A DNA stretch of 32,009 nucleotides from Nemertoderma westbladi (Eukaryota > Animalia > Xenacoelomorpha). The stretch lies in assembly GCA_032718475.1 (NCBI GenBank), contig JAUCBJ010007603.1, positions 1 to 32,009 of the forward strand. The letters run 5' to 3'. The notes under the pieces were generated by a model. That model made no database searches. It was not told the DNA's origin and saw only the letters and a program-made list of their open reading frames with translations. Position numbers and translations under genes: made by a program. Shown here in pieces: positions 1 to 9,037 of this stretch (position 1 is the stretch's first letter; every line of letters begins with the position of its first letter).

Positions 1-3000
1 ATGTTCGAACAGGACCCTTGATGGGATTGCACCAGTAATTCGATGCTTGGTGTTACGGAGAGTAAAGATAACGGTAGATAGTCGGGTTTGAAAGCCCGCA
101 TTAGAGTTAGGAGTTGCACGCATCATCTTCTTCACTGTACGGTGAACACGTTCAACCATGCCATTTGCCTGGGGATAGCGTGCAGAAATTTCCACCAGCT
201 TACAGTTAATACTCTGTAAATATCCTTTAAATTCATAGGACCGAAATACTGGTTCATTATCTGAAACCACGGATAATGGGAACCCGAAAGTTGCGAATAT
301 TGTATTCAAATGAGGGATGAGACGGGTTGCAGATAACGATGGCAGCGGTGTGATGTCTATGTAGCGTGAACCATAATCAATGATACTGAGACACAATCGC
401 CCTTCGATATGGACACCATCAATAGCCAATTGCTCCCAGGGATGGTATGATGCAGATTGGTGCAATGGTTGTGGTGGAGGCAAATCGCTAGATAGCCTAC
501 AATAGTGGCAAACTGAAACAAAATGCCGCACTGCCTGTGACAAACCAGGCCACCAGACACTAGCACGGAGTAGGTCTATGACCTTTGTAATACCTGGGTG
601 CCCCTCATGTGCGAGTTTTATTAACATTGGACGTAAAGTAACAGGTACAACAATGCAGTTGTTGTATAATAAGATGGTGTTTTCATTAACAACAGCAGTA
701 CTCAAATCATGTCTAATTGAATAAAAAATAGACTCTGAGGCAGATAATGCATTCCAGTTATTAAAGTGTAGTCGATCCATAACCCGTGAAAGTTCAGCAC
801 ACATAGCAGTCTCAGTAGCCAGGAGGTTGATATCCACCAAATGTGATTCCAGTACAAGATTAACAAATATATCAGGTATTTCCTGCTGTGTAGGCTGGAC
901 ATTACTCAAAGGTGCTCGTGATAAGGTATCTGCAATGAGATTATGCTTTCCTGGAATGAATTCAACATCAAAAGCATATGGTAATAATGAAGTTAAGAAA
1001 CGTCCAATCCGTGGAGGGCACTGGTCAATAGATTTCTTGAAGATTGATCGCAAAGGCTGGTGATCAGATAGCACAATGAAATGGCGTCCGAGTAGATACT
1101 GACGAAACTTGGTGATTCCAAATACAATTGCCAAAGTCTCACGCTCAATCTGAGAGTAACGAGTCTCAGTACTGGTAAGAGAGCGACTAGCAAATGCAAC
1201 TGGTTTTAAACTACTCATGACCTTAGATGCAGCTCTCTCAGTCGATTGTAGAAGCACTGCACCTAAACCCACTGGAGATGCATCACATTGTATGTAAGTC
1301 TTGTAGTTTGTATTAAACAATTTCAATACAGGAGCAGTTGTAAGCATAACTTTTATAGTGTCAAGCGCATGTTGGCATGTATCAGTCCAGTAAAATATAG
1401 TATTGGATTTAAGAAGTTCACGGATAGGTGTGGTGATAGTGCTGAAGTGTGGCAAAAATTTTGCGAGGTATGTCGCCATGCCGAGAAATCTCTTACAATC
1501 TGTAACAGAACAAGGTGTTGGTAGAGAGGAAATTGCCTTAATCTTTTGTTGATCAGGTTTCAAACCTTCTTGGGATATAACATGACCCAAATATGTGATT
1601 TCTTTCACATTGAACTCACATTTATTTCGGTTGAGCTGTATTTGCATCTCATTGCAACGTTCTAGAACACGCTGTAATGCTAAGTCGTGTTCTGCCTGGC
1701 TTCTGCCAAAGACCAGGATATCATCTTCAAGGACGAGGACGCACATTATTCCTGTTAAACTGTTGGACATTATTTCATGATAATCTTCAGGTGCATTGGC
1801 AGCACCAAAAGGCAATCGTGTGTACCGATAGGTACCAAACGGTAGTACAAAGGTGGTTAATTTACTAGCACATTCTGTTAGCTGAATTTGGTGGAATCCA
1901 GAATAAGCATCGAGCTTTGAGAATACAACACTACCTTCAATCTTTGCAAAAAGTTCCTCAGGTGTTGGCATCAGAATACGCTTCCTGATGATAGCCTTGT
2001 TTAATTCACGTAGATCTATGCAAAGACGTAAGTTACCATTCTTTTTTCGAGCAATAACAGGAGGACTAAGCCATTCACTTGGTGTTTCATCATTTCCTAC
2101 TTTAACTATAACACCTTCGACACAAAGCTTATTAACTTCTCCTTGTAATTCATCCAACAGCCCAAAGGGAATTCTACGCAGAGGTTGCTGTTTCGGCACT
2201 ATGTTCTTATCAATAAGAATATCTAAAGGTGGAACTTTCATAGGTGGAAGAAATTCAGGTGGTTGGTTTATGGGTGATGTATTGCTTTGATGTTTCATTA
2301 TACCATTAACAGTTGGTTGTTGTGAATTAACTGAATGGGTATTTGTATGAATAGTAATCAATTCCAGTGCTGAAATATCATCCTGCCCTAACAAAGGGAT
2401 GGGAGCATCTTGAACTACAAACACCACACTGGATATGCTTCTACCATTATAGTGAAGTACAACAGGTGCTTTACCAAGAAGGGGGAGTGGCCCTTTAGCC
2501 ATATACCCTAATAAACGCTCCCCATTATGAGGCATAAGTAAGCGTGGTCCAATATATCGACTTGGTATAATGGTATGTTTAGTACCAGTATCCATAAGAA
2601 ATGTTAGTGTTTGCGAAGTTTCGCGTCCTGCAACAACAATATCCACCTTCCATTGATCTACTAATGGTACAATAGTATTAACATTGTTGTCATTAGCATT
2701 AAAATTGAATACTGAAACAATGTTAATGTCAGGATCCCTAAATCCCAAGGTTTCAGCTTCAGTACCCTCATCTTCCATATAATTTTCATCATCATACTCA
2801 TTGGGGAGAGGCTCATCAACAAAACAGACTGAACCTCCAGATCTTCCAGGGTTACTCCTGTAAGGTGTGGCCCCCATGGAGTAAGTCGATCTTTGGAAAG
2901 ACTGTTTGGACTTTGGCGGACCTTTCCGACACAAAGGTGAATTACGACTATGATGTAAAACTCCACAGTCAGAACAATACCGGCCATACGCAGGACAAGA

Positions 3001-3747
3001 ACCCTTTTTATGGGATCCGCAACAGAATCTGCACTGTGCCACCCCTCCAGATACTAAATTACTACTTCCAGTACTGCGAAAGTTAGATGGAGTAGATGGA
3101 AGAGAACGGCCACCTGGCCCACCTGGTCGTACAGCCAAAACATCTGAAGATGAACTACTGGTACCGGAAATCCTTACTGACTCACCTGTCATCTTTATTA
3201 TCTCATTACCTCCAGATGTAGCAGCCTCAAAGGCCCCAGCAAGGTTCCTTATATCTGTCAGTGTAGATGTTGGCGATTGTTGTAGAAGTTGTCGACGTAA
3301 CTCGTCGTTCTGGACTCCACAGATAAATGCATCTCGAAGTTTACTTTCGGGCGTCTCTTTTTCAAGTTCACAGAGTTTGGCAAGTTCACTTAATCCAGTA
3401 AAATAAACAGCAATTGTCTCACCGTCTCGTTGGCGGCGTGACATAAACCGGTGTCGCATAACTAAAATGTTGTGTTGTGGAGCGAAATACCGCTCAAAAT
3501 CTTCCAATAAATGTTCCATTGTGCGTTCACGAACATCATTATAAATAAAATTTTGCGATGCTATTTTCTGAGCCCCCTTTCCAATACATGTCATGAGCGA
3601 ACCAACTTTCTTCGACTCAGATACCCCATCATCCCGGAGCTCAATCGCATCGACCCAGTACTCGAAAGAGTCCTTCCATTCTCGAAACTCGAGAGCCATG
3701 TTTTCAGCCTGGCAGTCCAGGTTTGCGGGCGCCGGATATTTAGCCAT
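1..3747 (-). CDS. Gag-Pol polyprotein (>1249 aa, runs off the left edge)
   Basis: Manual translation from ATG 3747 (MAKYPAPANLD...): Gag RHRFMSRRQRDGETI and LRDAFICG, Cys/His knuckles, protease FLMDTGT, RT SKLDAYSGFHQI / YTRLPFG / VLEDDILVFG, RNase H CDASPVGLG, integrase HEGHPGI..WWPG..CHYC, LRNTKHRITG at the edge. Its absence from the ORF track is consistent with no in-frame stop before base 1. Confidence 0.92.
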   Translation of the reverse strand, partial: MAKYPAPANLDCQAENMALEFREWKDSFEYWVDAIELRDDGVSESKKVGSLMTCIGKGAQKIASQNFIYNDVRERTMEHLLEDFERYFAPQHNILVMRHRFMSRRQRDGETIAVYFTGLSELAKLCELEKETPESKLRDAFICGVQNDELRRQLLQQSPTSTLTDIRNLAGAFEAATSGGNEIIKMTGESVRISGTSSSSSDVLAVRPGGPGGRSLPSTPSNFRSTGSSNLVSGGVAQCRFCCGSHKKGSCPAYGRYCSDCGVLHHSRNSPLCRKGPPKSKQSFQRSTYSMGATPYRSNPGRSGGSVCFVDEPLPNEYDDENYMEDEGTEAETLGFRDPDINIVSVFNFNANDNNVNTIVPLVDQWKVDIVVAGRETSQTLTFLMDTGTKHTIIPSRYIGPRLLMPHNGERLLGYMAKGPLPLLGKAPVVLHYNGRSISSVVFVVQDAPIPLLGQDDISALELITIHTNTHSVNSQQPTVNGIMKHQSNTSPINQPPEFLPPMKVPPLDILIDKNIVPKQQPLRRIPFGLLDELQGEVNKLCVEGVIVKVGNDETPSEWLSPPVIARKKNGNLRLCIDLRELNKAIIRKRILMPTPEELFAKIEGSVVFSKLDAYSGFHQIQLTECASKLTTFVLPFGTYRYTRLPFGAANAPEDYHEIMSNSLTGIMCVLVLEDDILVFGRSQAEHDLALQRVLERCNEMQIQLNRNKCEFNVKEITYLGHVISQEGLKPDQQKIKAISSLPTPCSVTDCKRFLGMATYLAKFLPHFSTITTPIRELLKSNTIFYWTDTCQHALDTIKVMLTTAPVLKLFNTNYKTYIQCDASPVGLGAVLLQSTERAASKVMSSLKPVAFASRSLTSTETRYSQIERETLAIVFGITKFRQYLLGRHFIVLSDHQPLRSIFKKSIDQCPPRIGRFLTSLLPYAFDVEFIPGKHNLIADTLSRAPLSNVQPTQQEIPDIFVNLVLESHLVDINLLATETAMCAELSRVMDRLHFNNWNALSASESIFYSIRHDLSTAVVNENTILLYNNCIVVPVTLRPMLIKLAHEGHPGITKVIDLLRASVWWPGLSQAVRHFVSVCHYCRLSSDLPPPQPLHQSASYHPWEQLAIDGVHIEGRLCLSIIDYGSRYIDITPLPSLSATRLIPHLNTIFATFGFPLSVVSDNEPVFRSYEFKGYLQSINCKLVEISARYPQANGMVERVHRTVKKMMRATPNSNAGFQTRLSTVIFTLRNTKHRITGAIPSRVLFEH

Positions 3748-3917
3748 TATGATTACCGATTACCAGTCCAGTAGCTTTTAACCCAAACACGAAATACCAA
3801 AGTTACACCAGATACCAGTTTAAATATTATATTATTACAGTATTACTGTATTATTATGCCAGAATGTTGGAATACCGGACAGCCAGAGGCCTACCGCAGT
3901 ACCGGTACCTACCGGTA

Positions 3918-3933
3918 CCTACACACTGCGCCA
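3918..3933 (-). promoter_or_regulatory. Primer-binding site, tRNA-Ser-like
   Basis: Minus strand TGGCGCAGTGTGTAGG, 1 nt after the LTR end; complementary to a tRNA 3' end ...CUGCGCCA. tRNA identity is from recalled similarity. Confidence 0.75.
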
Positions 3934-3934
3934 A

Positions 3935-4023
3935 TGTAGTATGCAGCCAGATCTATATAATCATCAGTCTGTTAGTGCTATATCAATGCCGTCATAGCCA
4001 TGGCCTAATGTATAACCACTACA
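3935..4023 (-). repeat. 5' LTR of the Mag-like element (~89 bp)
   Basis: TGTAGT...ACTACA 6-bp terminal inverted repeat, adjacent to the PBS; partner LTR not in the window. Confidence 0.7.
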
Positions 4024-4960
4024 ACAGGCATTGTGTGATTTTCCATTGAATACAGAAGGATTGAAGAAAGCCACGGAGGATGACAAGTTTCTGCATATAG
4101 TGAAACGTACAATTGAGTTTGGCGAAACATCTCAGAAGTTCAGATAAGAAATTCCAACAGTATAAATCGGTTGAAAACGAACTTGCTATACATAAAGGTA
4201 TAGTGATGAGAGGGAACCGAATAATTATACCTGAGTTATTAAGACCAAAGGTGTTAGAAGAAATACATAATTCGCACCTAGGATTACAGAGAATTCTCTA
4301 CAAAGCAAATAATTTATGTTGGTTGCCAGGGATGAGCGAATGCACTTAGACTTAGCGAAATTAGAAGGCAATGTGTATTTAGGTTGAGTAGAATCAAGGT
4401 TCCAGTGGAGATAAGAAGAACATTCAGGAACGTCTTAGTACATATTTGATTCAAGACATAAATTCTTTATATACTGTACAAGGAAAGGAAAAACACCTAA
4501 TGAAATAATCTTCAAGCATCAGGTGAAAACATGGTTAGACCGCTTGTTACAATATCCTATACAATTAAGGGAAGAAGGAATGACAACAGGAAAATTCCAA
4601 ATAAATGAAGCTGTGTGGATAAAGAATTACAGTCGACCGAGAAGAGCAGAAATAAAGGTTAAATGGTTACCAGGGAAAATTATTAAACTTGTTGGTACAT
4701 GAACATACATGGTCCAAATGGGTGAGGGGGGAGGGACATAAGTGTAAAAAGAAATGTTAACCAAATTAGACACCGAGAGAATCCATGGCAACCAGAAGGT
4801 GTGGAATTAAATATTCAGACATCTTACGAGAACAAACAGGGAGATAAAACAGTAACAGACAGACCTTGAATACAGGGAGGAAAGGATTTAGAATCTCCTA
4901 ATGGAGTAGTGCCAAGAGATATGGAGTCAACCCCATATAGGAACTCTTATATTAATGTGG
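4024..4960 (+). pseudogene. Decayed Gypsy pol remnant (RH-IN linker, integrase zinc finger, GPY/F-like end)
   Basis: ENELAIHKGIVMRGNRIIIPELLRPKVLEEIHNSHLG..WLPG, later VWIKNY..KWLPGKII; stops and frameshifts; purine tract GTGGGGAGGA at 4957-4966 followed by TG. Confidence 0.8.
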
Positions 4961-4966
4961 GGAGGA

Positions 4967-5110
4967 TGTTAAGATATAAATACGTAAATACGCGATGGAC
5001 ATGAACTTAGTCCTATCCTATTATATTACTTGTCTTATACTGTAATACAGTACGAAGTGTTACCAGTACATAAATCTCAGTATATTATATAATTCATATC
5101 TTTGATATCT
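4967..5110 (+). repeat. Probable degenerate 3' LTR of the older Gypsy element
   Basis: TGTTAAGATAT begins right after the polypurine tract; right boundary is uncertain. Confidence 0.4.
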
Positions 5111-5382
5111 GAATGGGGAATGGAATAGTGAATAGTTAGCAGTCATACAGGGCATTCAATTTTGATTTTTCATTATTAATTCCAAATGTGTCATTGATTT
5201 CGAATAGATGAGAGCATTTAAATCCAAATGTTTTCTCATTAATTTTTAAGAAATAGATTATGTGGAACAATAAAATCAGCTAGTTGCAATTTATTTCTTA
5301 TACCAATGATAATTTAACTGTTTCGAATATAAATAGTAAGTAAATTTATGCCATAGTAGTACGGTAATAACTATTTATTGAA

Positions 5383-5506
5383 GGGTAAATAAAATATGCT
5401 TTATTTACCGTTCGTCCTGAGATCTGGTATTTACCGACAGAGCGCAGCGATGTAGGTAATCAAATTGATCGAGGGGCGAAAAGGTAAATAATGTGTTTTA
5501 TTTATC
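5383..5506. repeat. Long imperfect palindrome, probable non-autonomous DNA element remnant
   Basis: GGTAAATAAAATATGC-TTTATTTACC-GTTCGTCCT ... AGGGGCGAA-AAGGTAAATAA-TGTGTTTTATTTATC around a GAGCGCAGCGA loop. Confidence 0.45.
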
Positions 5507-5628
5507 ATGCAATATGTAATTTAATTGTTAAAATCATCTTATTATTATAATTATTAAAATATATTAATGTTTAATAAGTAATTAAACATTGCACCAGTTG
5601 CACTCAGTTATTCTTCGTCCTAATCGTT

Positions 5629-6794
5629 TGTAAAAGCTTTTGTGGGATAACTGATTCGTTCGCCTTGCTAACCGGTTCCCCCCCAGTCGCTGAATACTCT
5701 AAAAGGGGATCTATAACTCGAATAGCGCAAGCTACCAGCTTATTGGCTGATTTGCTGTACGCAGGTATCTGGGCTCTGTTTAATCGGCCAACCAGCCTAG
5801 GAAGGTTGCGTCATAGCCTTGTTTTTGTATCTCCCAATAGAATTTGAGTTAGCCTTGATTTTGACCTATCACAGAGCTACTGAACTGAAATTTTCCTATC
5901 TCACTGCTCTTTCTCTGTGTTGAACGGGAGCTTCGTGGAATAAGGGTAGTTGGTATCCTCGTATAGAGTAGTAGTCACGAGTTTTTCAAAGCCACGAAAG
6001 AACGGCTTTGTAGTGTTTTGTGCTTTCTGCTTTTTAGCTCAACACTAGTAGGTTTAATTATAGGGACATATATCCTTTAACTTGAATATCTCACTGCTAA
6101 AAATTACCTGCTCAATCAATACTGTATACTGCTATTTGTTGTCGGTTATTCATTATATTGGTTGATGAATTATTATATTGGAATAACGAGAATAATAACC
6201 CCGAAAACCCAATATTCTTGATATACCGAAGGTAAGAGAGAAAGGTTACCTATAACGATTGTGACTTATGTTAAAGTGGTTTGAAGTGAATCTAATGTTA
6301 TTTGATAGACCCTACATGAGTCAGTCTGTGTTCCTTTTATATGTGACTAAAATCAGTGAAGATTGGCAGATTAGTGTGCAGTATTGTGCAGCATTGTGTA
6401 TGAGTGAGTCTGTTAAAGAAGCAATTCCTAAAGAATGCGCCATATATGTGAATTATAATTAAGCCATATCGTTGTGAGTAGTTTAAGTCATAACTCTGTT
6501 TATATAGATAAAGCGCCACGTCTTAAAGGAACTGTTAATATTCCCGAAGGTGAATAATATTGTCAGAGATTATATAATACTGTCAGTCGAATAATACATT
6601 AGGCTTACATAGCAATAAAATTAAGCCGTCGAACCCAATCTCCCGGGAATATCCAGCGGGTGAATGATCGCGCACAGATTGGTTTCGACTAGTGTAGTGA
6701 ATCAAATACTTGTCATAGGCTAAAAGGCGATTTAATATCTAGAAGACATCTTAATTTGGCGGGTTAAACTGCCAAAGGTCTGAAAGCGCGAACA
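5629..6794 (+). repeat. 5' LTR (1166 bp)
   Basis: Direct repeat of 17105-18268; TGTAAAAGC...GCGCGAACA; AATAAA at ~6614. Confidence 0.97.
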
Positions 6795-6806
6795 TTAAAG
6801 GATATA
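6795..6806 (+). promoter_or_regulatory. Candidate self-priming primer-binding site
   Basis: TTAAAGGATATA directly abuts the LTR end and is the exact reverse complement of TATATCCTTTAA at 6069-6080; no TGG tRNA-type PBS is present. Confidence 0.65.
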
Positions 6807-6873
6807 GCTTCTTTATTGCAGTAAGCAATAAAGTTGAAAGTACCGGTCAACCGGTAAACCTGAACGGTCCATC

Positions 6874-6991
6874 TGTAGGTCAGTAGGCCCAACTGCCAGA
6901 ACCGGTACTGCCGTAGGCCCGTAGGTCCAACTGCCAGAACCGGTACTTCTGTAGGTCCGTAGGCCTAACTGTCCTAACCGGTACTTCCGTA
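6874..6991 (+). repeat. Three ~38-bp tandem repeats in the BEL leader
   Basis: GTAGGYCMGTAGGYCYAACTGYCWRAACCGGTACT-like unit x3. Confidence 0.85.
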
Positions 6992-7162
6992 TAAGTACAG
7001 CAGTATTATTCGATTTGATTATATATGCCGGTAGGTCTTAATAATTAATCGGGGACGCCTGGTTTTTATTGGGATTTTACTTAGGCCTATTTCTGTCAGT
7101 TTTATTTATTTGTAGGCCAGTATTGAGCAGAAGGCGTGTAAGCCTGATCAGATTGTGCAGAC

Positions 7163-7730
7163 AATTTGTAGGTTGAACTGTTGTCTGATTGTTATTGGGT
7201 CTGAACGGATTGCAGTGTGTGTAGATCACCTGTCCGATAAAGAACGGTTAGGAAGTAGGGGCAGCGAATGCTGTAAGGTAAACCCCCAACTAAAGAATAA
7301 GTCGTACTACTGGGTTAGAACGCATACTACCTAATTATTTCGGAGTCTGCATGTCCTGTAGTTTATTTAGGCTTGAGAGTAGTCTGTCATCGTTTAGTCT
7401 GTACTTTGTTTGTGTAAGTCTGTACGGGTAGCGTATAATTTTATTTAGATAATTTGTAGGCTGGATAGTTGTCTGGCTGTTATTAGGTCTGAACGGATTG
7501 CAGCGTGTGTAGATCACTTGTCCGATAAAGAACGGTTAGGAAGTAGGGGCAGCGAATGCTGTAAGGTAAACCCCCAACTAAAGAATAAGTCGTATTACTG
7601 GGTTAGAACGCATACTACCTAATTATTTCGGAGTCTGCATATACCGTAGTTTGTTTAGGCTTGATAGTAGTCTGTCAGTGTTCGGTCTGCATTTTGTTTG
7701 AGTAGTTTGTACGCGTAGCGTAATATTTAT
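7163..7730 (+). repeat. 288-bp tandem duplication in the BEL leader
   Basis: AATTTGTAGG... starts at 7163 and 7451; the central part is nearly identical. Confidence 0.92.
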
Positions 7731-8664
7731 TATTCAGAGTTTATGCGATTATCCGCAACATTCATTCCCCAAGTTTGTTCCTACAGTAATTGTGTTTGTT
7801 ATACATACCGCTATAGTTAAATTAACCCCGGTACTACACGGGCTGCTTGGCGTAGGTAAAGACTGGTGATTTGTGCATCGGTCACTCCAGCAGATGCCGT
7901 GGTTCTTTTAGCTGTTCAAGTATATTTAACTACTGATTATATGTTATACAAGTACTCGTACCTAATTTAGGGTTTAGTGTACAGTGCTTTCCGAAAGTAA
8001 TTAGTGTAGGCATTACATTTGTGGTGTAAAGTGGTTAATAGGCACGTTCGATTAGCTCTATTAACTTCTAGGTAGGAACACTCCGTGATACATAATGTAG
8101 TACCTATAGCGATACGGCTATAGGTCGTCAGGCGGTGGTATTTTCCTATCTGGACAACGCAGTGTATTTACTACTACTTATTATTTCAAATACCATAGTA
8201 CCCTGTCCGTTGTAATAACCAGATTTCTAACCCTTTGTTAGGCTGGTTTGTAGACTTCTTGTAAAATTACCCTAAAAATTAATATTTTGTGTTTTTTGTA
8301 AATTTTTGTGTTTATTTAGAGATTGTAATCTCACCCGAATTGTACGTAATTTGTAGTATTAAGTAACTTAGGTAAATTAGAATTATTTGTTTTAGTGTCC
8401 TATAAGTAACACTTCACTGAAAGCGCACCGCTTTGTGTAGTGATTACTCCCCAGAAATAATAACATTTATTTCAAACATTGACAAAACCCATTAAAACGG
8501 GTATATATATATTATAAATCAAATCTAACGATTTATAAATAGTAGGCCTACCATACAACCATTAGGTCTCCATATCAGTTGGTCTACTGCTCAAATAGCG
8601 GTAATAAAGTAAGTAAAGTAACCAAGTAACCCTAAAATTCAGAAATTCAATTATTTAAAATAAT

Positions 8665-8905
8665 TGATATACCGGTACTTACGATAGGCCTATTATCTTT
8701 ATTTCAATAAATTTAGGCTGAAATTATACCGGTACTTGTAATTAATTCTAGTCCAGAATTATATATACTACAAACTGTAAGCTGTATACCGGTATTCCCG
8801 ATAGGCCTATTATATATTTATATATTTGTGCTAAAATTATACCGGTATTCTGTGATAAACCTAGTCTGTAATAATAGTTATATATACTATAAGCATACCG
8901 GTATT
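8665..8905 (+). repeat. Diverged ~115-bp duplication rich in ATACCGGTA palindromes
   Basis: TATACCGGTA..CGATAGGCCTATTAT followed by AAATTATACCGGTA occurs twice. Confidence 0.6.
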
Positions 8906-9037
8906 CTAATATATTATATATCACGCTACACTGAGTAGCAGTACCGGTAATTAATTACTAGGCTAGCAGTTAATACTGAGTTACTAGACTTGCTCAGACT
9001 GTAATACAGCAGTAGACATTCAACTGTACACATAAAC

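Larger units (their letters stand above)
1..4023 (-). mobile_element. Ty3/Gypsy LTR retrotransposon, Mag-like; 3' part lies outside the window
   Basis: On the minus strand: short LTR, PBS, leader, then one gag-PR-RT-RH-IN frame in Gypsy domain order. Confidence 0.93.

Noticed and set aside
357-3781. Many short ORFs in the track
   Set aside because: Shadow frames of the single minus-strand gag-pol ORF
5665-6519. Small ORFs duplicated at 17042-17993
   Set aside because: They are duplicated only because they lie in the LTRs; no recognisable domains
8102-8132. Minus-strand CTGACGA followed by a perfect hairpin, as a hammerhead
   Set aside because: No GAAA after the stem; it is only a hairpin
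6840-8950. Recurrent TACCGGTA and TAGGCCTA palindromes as specific factor sites
   Set aside because: They also occur outside this element (for example ~3900, 25105, 25861) and are partly explained by local duplications; more likely a genome-wide compositional bias
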